Part shown: piece by piece, positions 1 through 10,802 of the stretch
Numbering within the stretch: position 1 is the stretch's first letter
Layout of the letters: each line of letters starts with the position of its first letter
From: Clostridia bacterium
GTDB taxonomy: Bacteria > Bacillota > Clostridia > RUG12999
Assembly (NCBI GenBank): GCA_045633565.1
Contig: JAZQYO010000013.1
Location: 1,087 to 65,086 of the forward strand
Reading direction: 5' to 3'
DNA length: 64,000 nt
The notes under the pieces: model-generated
The model's input: only the letters and a program-made list of their open reading frames with translations
Databases searched by the model: none
Told to the model about the DNA's origin: nothing
Position numbers and translations under genes: made by a program

Positions 1-555
1 ACCTCTGGCAGATTGCGCCTTGATTATTTTATCGGTTTCGTCAATGATTGTCGGAATAAACCGGAGAGCAATGGACATCATCATTGCAATTTCATGTGCC
101 GGCACACCGATTTTTGACAGAGGAGAGAGCAGACTCTCAATTCCGTCTGTCAACACAATGGGGGACGTTGTATAAGTAAGAAGCGAAGTTCCTGCCACGA
201 GTAGAATAAGTCGCAGTGCCATTTTTACTGTCAGAACAATGCCCTCTTTTGTAATTTTTAAAAACCCGAGGGACCAGATTATTTCACCGTTTGTCATAAA
301 AAGGTTTATTATGGCTGTGAAAATTACAAAAAACATAAGCGGTTTTAAGCTCTTTGCAATCATTTTCATTGGTATTTTCGAAATAATACATACCGTCATC
401 AGAAAAAGTGCCGAAATCAGATAACCGACTGCGTTTTTCACCGTGAAAATCATGACAATATAGGCAAATATTAAAATTATTTTGGTTCGTGGGTCAAGTC
501 TGTGAACTGCGGAATTACCCGGCAGGTATTGACCTAACGTAATGTCCTTTATCAT
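1..555 (-). CDS. ecfT: ECF transporter transmembrane component T (3' end runs off the window)
   Basis: Read manually from ATG at 555: MIKDITLGQYLPGNSAVHRLDPRTKI..., the typical EcfT N-terminus; directly downstream of two EcfA ATPases. Confidence 0.9.
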   Translation of the reverse strand, partial: MIKDITLGQYLPGNSAVHRLDPRTKIILIFAYIVMIFTVKNAVGYLISALFLMTVCIISKIPMKMIAKSLKPLMFFVIFTAIINLFMTNGEIIWSLGFLKITKEGIVLTVKMALRLILLVAGTSLLTYTTSPIVLTDGIESLLSPLSKIGVPAHEIAMMMSIALRFIPTIIDETDKIIKAQSARG

Positions 556-570
556 TTGTTACCTCTTGAG

Positions 571-1419
571 TTACTGTTTGAACAGTTTTAAAAGTTCTTG
601 CTCAGCTTTTGAAACTGTGTAGATGTTTTCTGAAAGTGAAATACCGGACGCCCTGATTTTGTTTATAAGTTTTGTAATCTGCGGGACGTCAAGCCCGCAG
701 GACAAAAGCTCGTCCCCAAGCCCGAAAATTTCTTCAGGAGTGCCCTCACGGGCAATTTTGCCGGCTTTTATAATAAGCACACGCTCTGCCATTTTTGCAA
801 TGTCTTCCATGCTGTGAGATACCAGCAGGATGCTCATGTGCTGTTTTTCATGCAAATCCTTAATCCGGCTTAATATTTCGTTTCTGCCTTTTGGGTCAAG
901 TCCTGCTGCCGGTTCATCCAAAATTAAAAGCTCGGGTTTCATTGCAAGTACACCTGCAATGGCAACACGTCTTTTCTGTCCGCCCGAAAGCTCAAGCGGT
1001 GATTTTGTTTCAAGTGAAGCAGGAAGTCCAACAAGCTCCATAGCTTCTCTCGCACGGGCATGAGCCTCCGCTTCGGAAAGACCGAGATTTTTAGGGCCGA
1101 AAGAAATGTCAGACAGCACTGTTTCGTCAAAAAGCTGATATTCCGGATATTGAAAAACAAGACCGATTTTAAATCTTAAACTGCGAAGACTTACTTCCTT
1201 GGAATTAATGTCTTTACCGTCCACCAAAACCCTGCCGGAGGTGGGTTTTATAAGTCCGTTAAGATGCTGAATAAGTGTGGATTTACCGCTGCCGGTATGA
1301 CCTATAAGTCCAACAAACTCACCGGAATTTATCTCTATATTTATATCAGATATGGCAGTTTTCGCATAAGGTGTGCCTGCCATGTAAACATATTCAAGAT
1401 TTTCAGTTTTAACCTGCAT
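571..1419 (-). CDS. ecfA2: ECF transporter ATPase EcfA2
   Basis: GHTGSGKST Walker [12 protein letters not shown]-loop, LSGGQ signature, [10 protein letters not shown]. Confidence 0.92.
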   Translation of the reverse strand: MQVKTENLEYVYMAGTPYAKTAISDINIEINSGEFVGLIGHTGSGKSTLIQHLNGLIKPTSGRVLVDGKDINSKEVSLRSLRFKIGLVFQYPEYQLFDETVLSDISFGPKNLGLSEAEAHARAREAMELVGLPASLETKSPLELSGGQKRRVAIAGVLAMKPELLILDEPAAGLDPKGRNEILSRIKDLHEKQHMSILLVSHSMEDIAKMAERVLIIKAGKIAREGTPEEIFGLGDELLSCGLDVPQITKLINKIRASGISLSENIYTVSKAEQELLKLFKQ

Positions 1420-2257
1420 CTGTATCCTGCTCCCTGAGTGCTCTTATAATTTCGTCTGCGCAAGACTGTGTGTCAAGCAAATCGTGTCTGAGGTGAATTC
1501 CTGCCCTGCGAAGTCTGAACATAAGGTCAGTTACCTGCGGCACGTCAAGCCCGACACTTTTTAGTAGCGCCACATTTGCAAATGTCATCTGAGGCGTATC
1601 GTCAATAATAACCTTGCCGTTATCCATGACGATTACCCTGTCCGCCTGAGCCGCTTCTTCCATGTAATGTGTAATATGCACAATGGTGATGCCGTGCTCC
1701 TTGTTTAGAAGCTTTATTGTTTCCATAACCTCTGCTCTGCCCTTGGGGTCAAGCATTGCGGTTGGCTCGTCAAGAACTATATATTTAGGCATCATAGCAA
1801 TAATTCCGGCTATTGAAATGCGTTGTTTCTGGCCGCCGGACAGATTGTGCGGCTGAGCATCTTTAAATTCTGTCATATCAACAGTTTTAAGTGCAAAATC
1901 GACACGTTTTCTGATTTCCTCGGGGGCAACCCCAAGGTTTTCCGGGCCAAAAGCAACATCTTCTTCAACCACCGTTGCAACAATCTGATTGTCGGGATTT
2001 TGAAAAACCATACCTACTCTGCGGCGGATTTCCCCAAGTAAGTTTTCGTCGGCTGTATCCATCTTATCTATCATGACACTGCCACCTGAGGGGAGCAGTA
2101 TCGCATTAAGATGTTTTGCAAGGGTAGATTTTCCGCTGCCGTTATGACCTAAAACAGCAACAAACTGCCCTTGCGGAATTTGAAGAGAAACACCGCCAAG
2201 AGCAAGTTTTAAACTTTCTGAATCATAGCTGTATTTTAAATCTTTTATTTCTATCAT
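1409..2257 (-). CDS. ecfA1: ECF transporter ATPase EcfA1
   Basis: [37 protein letters not shown]; start placed at MIEIKD. Confidence 0.92.
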   Translation of the reverse strand: MIEIKDLKYSYDSESLKLALGGVSLQIPQGQFVAVLGHNGSGKSTLAKHLNAILLPSGGSVMIDKMDTADENLLGEIRRRVGMVFQNPDNQIVATVVEEDVAFGPENLGVAPEEIRKRVDFALKTVDMTEFKDAQPHNLSGGQKQRISIAGIIAMMPKYIVLDEPTAMLDPKGRAEVMETIKLLNKEHGITIVHITHYMEEAAQADRVIVMDNGKVIIDDTPQMTFANVALLKSVGLDVPQVTDLMFRLRRAGIHLRHDLLDTQSCADEIIRALREQDTDAG

Positions 2258-2259
2258 GA

Positions 2260-3129
2260 CTATCTTTCCCATCTTCCGGTGGAGCCACAGGGCAGAATAA
2301 GTCCGCTTGCAGTTACCGGAAGTCCGATTTCCTGCACTTTTACAGTGCCGCCAAAGATTTTTTTAATTGTCAGACTAATCATATTGGAAACCACTATTGG
2401 CGACAGACCGGTTGTGTATGAGTTTATAACCATTGCAACCGGATTGTCACTTAAAAGTCCGCTGCACTCATCTAAAAGTCTGTAAAGTTCGTTTTCAAGT
2501 TTCCAGACTTCGCCGTTTGGACCTCTGCCGTAAGAAGGAGGGTCCATAATGATTATATCATATTTCCTGCCACGTCTTTTTTCGCGGGCGACAAATTTCA
2601 TAACGTCGTCCACGATATACCTTATGTACTTGTCCTCAAGACCGGAGACAGCGGCATTTTCCTTTGCCCATGAAACCATACCCTTTGAAGAATCCACGTG
2701 GACTACCTCAGCAGCACCTGCTGCAGCTGCCGCAATAGTTGCTCCACCGGTATAGGCGAAAAGGTTTAAAACTTTAATATCTTTTCTGCCGCTTTTTTTA
2801 ATCCGGTCGGCAACATAATCCCAGTTGGTTGCCTGCTCGGGGAAAAGGCCTGTATGTTTAAACCCCATGGGTTTAATGTTAAATTTAAGATTGCCGTAAG
2901 ACACTGTCCATTTTTCGGGTAGACCCTTTTTGTATTTCCATCCACCGCCACCCTCACTGCTTCTGTGATAGCGGGCATGAGCATTCTCCCACAAATCAGG
3001 GCGGAATCTTCCTTCCCAGATAACCTGCGGGTCAGGACGGGCGAGGAGAACATCCCCCCAACGCTCAAGTTTTTCACCGCTGCCGGTGTCAATAACCTCA
3101 AAATCTTTCCAATTATCTGAAATCCACAT
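2260..3129 (-). CDS. Class I SAM-dependent methyltransferase (RlmI/RlmK-like)
   Basis: [21 protein letters not shown] motif, [13 protein letters not shown]; start at MWISD. Confidence 0.8.
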   Translation of the reverse strand: MWISDNWKDFEVIDTGSGEKLERWGDVLLARPDPQVIWEGRFRPDLWENAHARYHRSSEGGGGWKYKKGLPEKWTVSYGNLKFNIKPMGFKHTGLFPEQATNWDYVADRIKKSGRKDIKVLNLFAYTGGATIAAAAAGAAEVVHVDSSKGMVSWAKENAAVSGLEDKYIRYIVDDVMKFVAREKRRGRKYDIIIMDPPSYGRGPNGEVWKLENELYRLLDECSGLLSDNPVAMVINSYTTGLSPIVVSNMISLTIKKIFGGTVKVQEIGLPVTASGLILPCGSTGRWER

Positions 3130-3194
3130 AATACTCCTTAATAGAAAAAGGAGCATTTCACAATTTAAAACTGCAACAAATGCCCCTCTCCGAT

Positions 3195-3638
3195 TTACTT
3201 ATTTTTAAGTTTACGGCGCCTTTTTTCCGCCAGAATGCAGTACAAAATTCCTGCTGCTACATATATAACCGAAAGAATCATACCGATTTTCTGCCCTTTA
3301 AGGTAGTTTGGAACAAGTCTGCCCAAGGATGCTGAAAACTCGTTCGGTATATATCTGATAACGCACATCAAAAGAGTAACATACGCTCCGAAAACAAACG
3401 ATATGAGCGCGCTTTTCTTTTTAAAGAAATAGAGCACGGCGCTTGCCAAAGCGACTATAGTTGCTATGCAAAGTATAACCGGAACGGCTACATTCATGGC
3501 AGCGTCAACATATAAGGAATTAAAACTGTTATAAATAAGCAGTTGCATGATAAGAAGCACCATTGCTTCTGCAACAATAATAAGCGTTAAATTAGTATAG
3601 TGGTCCTCAGAGGATACCAAATTATTTTTCTTGTTCAC
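3195..3638 (-). CDS. Hypothetical membrane protein (~4 TM)
   Basis: Four hydrophobic stretches; GTG start preceded by AGGAG. Confidence 0.65.
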   Translation of the reverse strand: MNKKNNLVSSEDHYTNLTLIIVAEAMVLLIMQLLIYNSFNSLYVDAAMNVAVPVILCIATIVALASAVLYFFKKKSALISFVFGAYVTLLMCVIRYIPNEFSASLGRLVPNYLKGQKIGMILSVIYVAAGILYCILAEKRRRKLKNK

Positions 3639-3717
3639 GGACACACTCCTCTCAAGATTGCTTAGGGAAAACCCATTAAGAGTATTATACCCCAAATTTT
3701 GGTTTAAGTCAACTGTT

Positions 3718-6129
3718 TTATTTCATGTAATTGTTTATTCTTTCCTTTTCGGGAGAAATGAATGGCAGGGAAGAAGTTTTCTTTTCGCCAAAGGGTTTTT
3801 CGGCGTTTACAGGAACAAACTTATCAAAAGCATATTTTACTACCTTGTCCATATTATCTGCGCAAATAAAACTTATATTCTCCCTTACAACCTGCGGAAG
3901 CTCCTGAATATCTTTCTTATTGTCCGAAGGAATAATTATCATTTTAATTCCACAGCGCAGAGCAGCCAGACTTTTCTCTTTGAGTCCGCCAATCTCCAAA
4001 ACTCTGCCCCTGATAGTAATCTCGCCTGTCATGGCAATATCTTCACGCAAGGGTTTGTTTTTGAGTGCGGAAATAAGAGCCGACGCCATTGTAATTCCGG
4101 CAGAAGGACCATCCTTTGGCGTTGCACCCTCAGGAACATGGATGTGAATATCCTTTGTTTTGTAAAAGTCCCCGTCAATGCCGAGCATTTCCGCACGGCT
4201 TCTGATATAGCTTATGGCAGCACCTGCAGATTCTTTCATAACATCACCCAGGTTGCCTGTAAGCTTCACATCGCCTTTGCCGTCGGTTATATTAACCTCA
4301 ATGGTAAGTGTTTCTCCGCCGACGCTTGTCCACGCAAGTCCGGTAGCTATACCGGGTTCCGGATTTGTTTTCTTTGCCTCGGGATACACCGGTGCACCTA
4401 AATACTTAGGCAGATTAGAAGGAGTAACCTTAACCGATTTTACACTTCCGGATACAATTTCACCGGCAGTTTTTCTGCAAATCTTTGAAAGTTCTCTTTC
4501 GAGATTTCTCACACCCGACTCTCTTGTATAAAGGTCAATTATATTTTTAAGTGCAGCAGCCGAAACAGACAGCTGTCTGCCTGTCAGCCCATGTTTTTTA
4601 AGCTGTTTGGGGAGAAGATGTTTTTTTGCAATATTAAACTTTTCTTCATAGTGATACCCTGTCAGATTAATTACGTCCATTCTGTCAAGAAGTGGTCTGT
4701 CAATGGTATCAAGACTGTTTGCAGTTGTAACAAACATTACCTTTGAAAGGTCAAAGGGAAGCTCAATATAATGGTCACGGAATGCATGGTTTTGCTCGCT
4801 GTCTAAAACCTCCAGCAATGCCGCAGACGGATTTCCTCTTGCGTCTGCACTCATCTTGTCAATTTCATCAAGCAGAATAACAGGGTTATCTGAGCCTGCA
4901 CGCTGCAGGGCTTCAATAATTCTGCCCGGCATTGAGCCGATATATGTTTTTCTGTGACCGCGGATGTCAGCCTCGTCACGAACGCCGCCGAGCGAAACCC
5001 GGACATATTTTCTGCCAAGACTTTCCGCAATTGATTTTACAACAGAGGTTTTACCTGTTCCCGGAGGTCCGTACAGACACATGATAGAGCCCTGCGGTTT
5101 GCTCGTCAGCTTCATTACCGAAAGATATTCAAGCACACGCTCCTTGACCTTTTCAAGACCATAGTGGTCTTTTTCAAGGATTTTTTTGGCTTTTAAAATG
5201 TCAATTTTGGTTTTGTCCGATTTGCCCCACGGAAGGTTTAATACTGTTTCTATATAGGTCTGAATAACGCCCGTTTCACCTGTTGCGGGAGGAAGTTTTT
5301 TCAGTCTTGAAATTTCGTGCTCAAGTTTAGCTTTTACTTCCTGCGGAAGAGAAAGCTCTTTCATTTTTCTTACATATTCCGCAGTTTCTTCATTTTCACC
5401 GCAAAGCTCCTCTAATTCTTCTTCGGTGGCCTTAAGTTGCTCTCTGAGATAATACTCCTGCTGATGTTTATCCAGGGACTCTTTGACCTTACGGTCAATT
5501 TTCTGCCCTATTTTTGCAAGCTCTGTTTCCTCTGTGAGTAAATACATAAGCTGAAGCAGCCTGTCTTTTACATCGAGCGCTTCTAAAATGCTTTGCTTTC
5601 CGCTTACAGGGATTGCCAGGTTAAATGCCATAACATCGGCACGCTGACCATCATCATCTATTCCCGCCATTCCAAGAACGGTTTCGGGGGAAACTGCACC
5701 TGAAATGTTGATATATTCCATGAACATATCCCGACAACGTGAGGACATTGCCTTTATTTCAATATCAGATTTATCATAAAGACAGTCAAATTCACGCACC
5801 TGGGCAGTAAGATGATTTCCGGACATTTCAGAGGAGAGCATTTCTGCACGACTGATGCCTTCCACCAGGATACGGATTGTTCCGCCCGGCAGCTCAACCT
5901 TCTGCTTTACCCGTGCAATTGTTCCAAAAGAATAAATATCATCTTCATCAAAATCGTCAGCAAAGTTTTTCTGAGCCGCAAGAAAAATCATATTGTCCTT
6001 GTCAGTTGCGGCTGAAAGTGAATTTTTAGAAATCTCACGGCCTACGTCAAGGTGTACCACCATCATGGGGAAGACGACCATATCACGCAGAACCATGAGA
6101 GGATATGTTTTAATGTTTTCGTTTGTCAT
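3718..6129 (-). CDS. lon: ATP-dependent protease Lon
   Basis: LON N-domain (PLMVLRDMVVFP), GPPGTGKTS, LLDEIDK, catalytic PKDGPSAG and GGLKEK. Confidence 0.97.
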   Translation of the reverse strand: MTNENIKTYPLMVLRDMVVFPMMVVHLDVGREISKNSLSAATDKDNMIFLAAQKNFADDFDEDDIYSFGTIARVKQKVELPGGTIRILVEGISRAEMLSSEMSGNHLTAQVREFDCLYDKSDIEIKAMSSRCRDMFMEYINISGAVSPETVLGMAGIDDDGQRADVMAFNLAIPVSGKQSILEALDVKDRLLQLMYLLTEETELAKIGQKIDRKVKESLDKHQQEYYLREQLKATEEELEELCGENEETAEYVRKMKELSLPQEVKAKLEHEISRLKKLPPATGETGVIQTYIETVLNLPWGKSDKTKIDILKAKKILEKDHYGLEKVKERVLEYLSVMKLTSKPQGSIMCLYGPPGTGKTSVVKSIAESLGRKYVRVSLGGVRDEADIRGHRKTYIGSMPGRIIEALQRAGSDNPVILLDEIDKMSADARGNPSAALLEVLDSEQNHAFRDHYIELPFDLSKVMFVTTANSLDTIDRPLLDRMDVINLTGYHYEEKFNIAKKHLLPKQLKKHGLTGRQLSVSAAALKNIIDLYTRESGVRNLERELSKICRKTAGEIVSGSVKSVKVTPSNLPKYLGAPVYPEAKKTNPEPGIATGLAWTSVGGETLTIEVNITDGKGDVKLTGNLGDVMKESAGAAISYIRSRAEMLGIDGDFYKTKDIHIHVPEGATPKDGPSAGITMASALISALKNKPLREDIAMTGEITIRGRVLEIGGLKEKSLAALRCGIKMIIIPSDNKKDIQELPQVVRENISFICADNMDKVVKYAFDKFVPVNAEKPFGEKKTSSLPFISPEKERINNYMK

Positions 6130-6279
6130 AGTATTCCCGTTCCTTAAGCTTAATATAGTTATTATACACTAAACAAAAGCATTTTGCAATATTATATTTT
6201 TGGTATTTGTAATATAATCTTAACCGAAAGGTTATTGCCTTGTCATAATAATATGATAGAATAAAATAGGTGAAGTAAA

Positions 6280-8220
6280 ATGAAAATTAAAAAGCTAATT
6301 TACATAATTTTAATACTATTAATATTGCCTGTGCCGTCACCTGCAGAGGAGTATCCTTATTTGCCCACTTCGCTGAAGGAAGATGTCATTTCCTTTTTTA
6401 ATATAAACACAGCGGGTAAAACTATGCTCTATGAACGGGTAACCATTTATGATGATTTTGATGCATGGATGATAGGCTGGTTTGACAGCGAGTGTAAAAT
6501 AATCGCAGGGATAACTGATACGGAAGATATAATATATTACAGCATGTCCCGGTTTGATGAGGATTTACCGACCGGTCAAACCATTACGCCCGAAAAAGGA
6601 GAGGAAATTGCAAGGGGGTTTTTAATGAGAGTTATGCCAAGAACGGCGATAACGCTTGTTTCCTCAGATGCTTATGAGTATACATATTCGCAGACTCATA
6701 ACGGAATACGGCTTTTGGGCAGAGATGCAACTGTTGTTGTTGACAAAATGACAGGACAGGTGGTTTATTATAAGGGGTTTGGTGTTCACGAAAGTAATTT
6801 TGAGCTTATGGAACAGCTGATAACGCCTGAACACGCTTTTGAAAACTATTATGAAAATATCGGACTTGAGCTTGTTTATAATACGGTTTTTGACCATGAA
6901 ACGAGAATTAAAAGAATTCGTCCCATGTATATTTTAAACCGGTCTGAGCTTTCAGCAATTAATGCGCAAACAGGGGAAACTGCGCAAATTGTGATGAATG
7001 ATTATAACTATTACTATAGCGATGGTTTTTATGACGAAAGATATTATTATAACAATAATATTTATTCCGAAGAAAAGCTTTTTGAAGCGGACGGGAGGGT
7101 TTCTGCTTCCGGATATGATATATCTGAAATATTTAAAATGGGTCAGCTTGGACTGTCAGATAAATATTCAGGTAAAATAACTCCGGGCAACCTCAGGTTT
7201 TATTCGGACGGAGAAGGGAATGACAGCAGCGTTCCGGTATTGAGGATTGATATTGTACCTATGAACCAGGCGGTTAATGTGCTGAAATTTTCCGAAATGT
7301 TTGACAGTGGTAATGGCGACTTGCTGAGCCAGGCAGAGTGCGAAACACCTTTTTCATTTGTTCGTGCTTATGTAAATGCGAAAAATGGACAGCTTATAGA
7401 TTATGAAACGGTAAAAAATGTTAATTACCTTTCAAAGTTAAAACCATATTTTAGCAGGCAGACAACAGATAAATTTATAAAAGCTGTAGCAGGTGACCTA
7501 CCGCTTAAATATCATGGAATGCTGAAAACGGGTGATAACGAGTACACCATAGTTTATGCAAGATATGCCGATGGTATAAGGGTGATAGGTGAGGGCGTGG
7601 AACTGGTTTATGATGCTGCACTCAGGGCTGTTACCGACTATTCGCTCATATTGTCGGATATAAAGCTTTTCCCCGCCTCTTTTATGAAAACACCGGAAGA
7701 AATAAAAGAAACTGTCAAGAAAGAGCTTAAGCTTGAACTGTTTTATGTTGATAAAGACAGGGAAACTAAATTCGTGGTTTATGATTCGGCAGATAAAAAT
7801 ATAGCTTTTGACCCGGTTACGGGGGAAAGAACAGACAGACTTAAATGGGGTGGAAATTCCTTTATCGGAAGTTGCAGTCCGGGAAGCAGTGAGTATATGT
7901 TAAACGGTATAGCCGCAACAGGCACCCCGCCCACTATTTATTCGGACAAGCTTTGTCTGCCGGTTGATGTTATAGCTCCGGCACTCGGATATACGGTGAC
8001 AACCGGGGAAAGTGAGATTTTCCTGGAAGGACACAAAGACAGTATAAAACTGACTGAAAACAGCAAGGTTTGCTATGTAAACGGAGTAGAACTGATGCTT
8101 GACCTTGAGCCGGTGAGAATATCTGACAAGATTTATATTTCCGCCGGAAACCTCCGGACGCTTTTCGGAATGTTTTTAAGCTGGGATACGGAAACGGACA
8201 AAATTCATTTGATAAAATAA
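6280..8220 (+). CDS. Secreted protein with PepSY/YcdB-like repeats and C-terminal copper-amine-oxidase-N (stalk) domain
   Basis: Signal peptide; two 'Y..NGIR/ADGIRV.G..A.V.VD..TG.V..Y'-type repeats; C-terminal 'PVDVIAPALGYTV...YVNG...LSWD' pattern. Confidence 0.6.
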   Translation: MKIKKLIYIILILLILPVPSPAEEYPYLPTSLKEDVISFFNINTAGKTMLYERVTIYDDFDAWMIGWFDSECKIIAGITDTEDIIYYSMSRFDEDLPTGQTITPEKGEEIARGFLMRVMPRTAITLVSSDAYEYTYSQTHNGIRLLGRDATVVVDKMTGQVVYYKGFGVHESNFELMEQLITPEHAFENYYENIGLELVYNTVFDHETRIKRIRPMYILNRSELSAINAQTGETAQIVMNDYNYYYSDGFYDERYYYNNNIYSEEKLFEADGRVSASGYDISEIFKMGQLGLSDKYSGKITPGNLRFYSDGEGNDSSVPVLRIDIVPMNQAVNVLKFSEMFDSGNGDLLSQAECETPFSFVRAYVNAKNGQLIDYETVKNVNYLSKLKPYFSRQTTDKFIKAVAGDLPLKYHGMLKTGDNEYTIVYARYADGIRVIGEGVELVYDAALRAVTDYSLILSDIKLFPASFMKTPEEIKETVKKELKLELFYVDKDRETKFVVYDSADKNIAFDPVTGERTDRLKWGGNSFIGSCSPGSSEYMLNGIAATGTPPTIYSDKLCLPVDVIAPALGYTVTTGESEIFLEGHKDSIKLTENSKVCYVNGVELMLDLEPVRISDKIYISAGNLRTLFGMFLSWDTETDKIHLIK

Positions 8221-8247
8221 AAAGACGGTGCAGTGCACCGTCTTTTT
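8219..8247. terminator. Bidirectional intrinsic terminator
   Basis: AAAAAGACGGTGCA-G-TGCACCGTCTTTTT between convergent genes. Confidence 0.8.
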
Positions 8248-8986
8248 ATTTTATTTTCTCAAAAATTTCGTTTACTTCTTTATAGGACTCGGGAGTGCCG
8301 ATGTCATAACATTCGCCATCAAACAAATATGCATAGACATCCTTTTTCTTATGAAGCCATGACGGGAAAAACCCCGGAGCATCAGGATTTCCGCCATCGC
8401 CCAGGTATTGTTTTATCATGGGTAGGGTTTCTTTTTTGTACATATACACCGCAAAAACAGCAATATCTGACGGCGGATTTTCGGGTTTTTCAACCATATC
8501 AAGCACTTTGCCGCTATCATCTAAAACTGCATTGCCCATTCTTTTTAAGTCGTTTATATCAGAAAGTCTTTTTGCCAGAATGGTATCGGAATTTTTGTGT
8601 TTATAAAAGTCTGCAAAATCTTTGAGATGGAAAGTGAAAATATTATCTCCTGCCATGACTAAAATGTCCTCGTCAATACCAAGCGTATCAATTGCAAAAT
8701 TTATATCACCAACGGCGCCGAGTTTGTTGGTATCGTCGGTCGTATTGTCGTTTAAGACGCTAATTTCAAGACGACTTTTGCGAGTTTTTTTCCACTCCTT
8801 AAAATTTTCGTAAAACTTATCGTTGCTGATTATTACAAGACTTGTAACCTCGTCAATGGTTTCAACTTCGTCCACAATATAATCCAAAATAGGCTTTCCT
8901 GCGATGGGAAGAAGTGCCTTGGGACGGTTGATGGTTAAAGGGTAAAGTCTTGTTGCATAACCTGCAGCAAGAATAATTGCTTTCAT
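8246..8986 (-). CDS. Sugar-phosphate nucleotidyltransferase family protein
   Basis: MKAIILAAGYATRLYPLT..PKALLP, EKP and DIGT motifs. Confidence 0.85.
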   Translation of the reverse strand: MKAIILAAGYATRLYPLTINRPKALLPIAGKPILDYIVDEVETIDEVTSLVIISNDKFYENFKEWKKTRKSRLEISVLNDNTTDDTNKLGAVGDINFAIDTLGIDEDILVMAGDNIFTFHLKDFADFYKHKNSDTILAKRLSDINDLKRMGNAVLDDSGKVLDMVEKPENPPSDIAVFAVYMYKKETLPMIKQYLGDGGNPDAPGFFPSWLHKKKDVYAYLFDGECYDIGTPESYKEVNEIFEKIK

Positions 8987-9001
8987 AATCCGAGATCTCC
9001 T

Positions 9002-9958
9002 TTATTTTTTGAACACAAGTTTAATGCTGTTTTCAGTATTAGCCTTCAGATGAGTTCCGGTGGGAAGCTGAAGCTTTACTTCAAACTCCTGGCCGTCACT
9101 GACCTCGCTTTGCAGCACAAAAGGCATTGTTTCAATTGAAGATATAGCATCAAGCGTTTCCTTATCGCCGCACAGGTCAATGCTTTTAGGTACAGCAGTT
9201 ACACTCAAGCCTTTTGCATACTTATCCATGCCGGACACCTTGGGCATAATTTTAACATTTTTAATCTGCTCAACATTAATATCTACAACAATGTTGGTTT
9301 TATCAAACACAATGTTTTTAAGCTCTATTTCTTCTTTGTCAGCGTCAAGAAGTACAGGCTGACAGTTTATGATTGAGGAGGAGGATATACCCGACAAATC
9401 AACAACCGCACCTATGTAAGCTATCTGCTCTAAAGCGAGGGAGGGGAGTTGAACGTCAATCTGACCGAGGTCGGCGGTCATATCTTTGATAACAAGGTCA
9501 CCGCTGAGCTTTCCTTTTGTCTGAATAACAACCGGAAGAGTTGAAGACACATATTTGTCAACATAAACCTCAATAACAGAGGGAGAAACCCCGCTGATAA
9601 AAACGCCTTCCGGACGGGATATATCAGGGGTGATATTGTATTTGCCCGGAGCAGTAATGTCATCTAAATCAAGTTTTGCATAATAGTTTCCACGGACGCC
9701 CGTAACAAGGCTTCTTTTACCGGTTGCCTCAAAATATACAGTGTCGTTTGACTTTGAAATGATGCTGAGCCCCTGGTTTATCTGATTCTGACTGAGCCCA
9801 CAGATTACCTCTACATTTTCAACTCTGTCTGTACGGGTAGGGTCCTGAGTTACAGCAACATAAAGCCAAAGCATAATTGCAAGAACCAGGGAAACAATCC
9901 TCATCAGATTTTTGTTGTCCATCCATTTTCCTGAGCCCTTCAGTTTTCTTTTTTCCAT
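9002..9958 (-). CDS. cdaR: CdaR/YbbR diadenylate cyclase regulator
   Basis: N-terminal TM (SLVLAIMLWLYV) plus YbbR-like repeats; directly downstream of cdaA; true start may be slightly internal. Confidence 0.85.
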   Translation of the reverse strand: MEKRKLKGSGKWMDNKNLMRIVSLVLAIMLWLYVAVTQDPTRTDRVENVEVICGLSQNQINQGLSIISKSNDTVYFEATGKRSLVTGVRGNYYAKLDLDDITAPGKYNITPDISRPEGVFISGVSPSVIEVYVDKYVSSTLPVVIQTKGKLSGDLVIKDMTADLGQIDVQLPSLALEQIAYIGAVVDLSGISSSSIINCQPVLLDADKEEIELKNIVFDKTNIVVDINVEQIKNVKIMPKVSGMDKYAKGLSVTAVPKSIDLCGDKETLDAISSIETMPFVLQSEVSDGQEFEVKLQLPTGTHLKANTENSIKLVFKK

Positions 9959-10797
9959 TTATTCTTCACCCTCTTTACAATAGCTTTTCCGCCTTCCGGG
10001 AGCTGGCTTTTCTGTGGCATTAAAAGAGCTAAAAGTCTTTTTTTCAGCGTATCAGGAGTAAAGCTTGTCTCAAGCTTACCGGATATGGCAAGGGAAATGC
10101 TTCCCGTTTCCTCAGATACAATTACCACAACACAGTCAGCTGTTTCACTAATGCCTATACCTGCACGGTGTCTTGTGCCGAGTTTTTTGCTTAATGAATT
10201 ATCCTCAGTGAGAGGGAGATAACAAGCTGCCGCAACCACTCTGTCAGAGCGTACAATAATTGCGCCGTCGTGCAGAGGGGAATTGTGGAAAAATATGTTT
10301 TCCAAAAGCTGAGAAGAAAGCGCTGCATCAAGCATTGTTCCTGTTCCGGCAATTTCACCCAACTTTGTTTCACGTTCGATAACAATAAGAGCACCTGTTT
10401 TGGTGAGTGAAAGGTTGCCGGCAGCGGCACATACACTGTTAACAGATTCATCAATATTTAAATTTTCAGTATGCTGATCCGCTTTGAAAATGGCGCTCAC
10501 ATTAAAGCGGCCCACTTTTTCAAGCATACGCCTGAGTTCTGGCTGAAACACAATAATAATTGCAATAATCCCAATCTGCATAACATTTACAAGTATGTAG
10601 TTGAGAGCATCAAGTCTGAGCCATTCGCTGAGTGGCACAAGAACAAGCAAAAATATAATACCTTTTAAAACCTGCTGTGCGCGGGTTTCCTTTACAAGGC
10701 CAATTGCCTTATAAAGCAGAAAAGCTACAAGCAGTATATCAATTATGTCAACCAGTCCGATATATACAAAATTTTTCAGTGGCTGAATTAAGCTCAT
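9940..10797 (-). CDS. cdaA: Diadenylate cyclase CdaA
   Basis: 3 N-terminal TMs, FQPELRR, PLHDGA and GTRHRA DAC motifs. Confidence 0.95.
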   Translation of the reverse strand: MSLIQPLKNFVYIGLVDIIDILLVAFLLYKAIGLVKETRAQQVLKGIIFLLVLVPLSEWLRLDALNYILVNVMQIGIIAIIIVFQPELRRMLEKVGRFNVSAIFKADQHTENLNIDESVNSVCAAAGNLSLTKTGALIVIERETKLGEIAGTGTMLDAALSSQLLENIFFHNSPLHDGAIIVRSDRVVAAACYLPLTEDNSLSKKLGTRHRAGIGISETADCVVVIVSEETGSISLAISGKLETSFTPDTLKKRLLALLMPQKSQLPEGGKAIVKRVKNKWKKEN

Positions 10798-10802
10798 GGT
10801 TT

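Noticed and set aside
3631-4401. 256-aa plus-strand ORF, and many other 60-200 aa ORFs antisense to real genes
   Set aside because: Shadow ORFs opposite well-conserved genes (lon, SBPs, GGGtGRT, tig); no RBS or motifs.
3718-6129. lon separated from tig-clpP-clpX
   Set aside because: Gene-order variation of this kind is common and the protein is intact.
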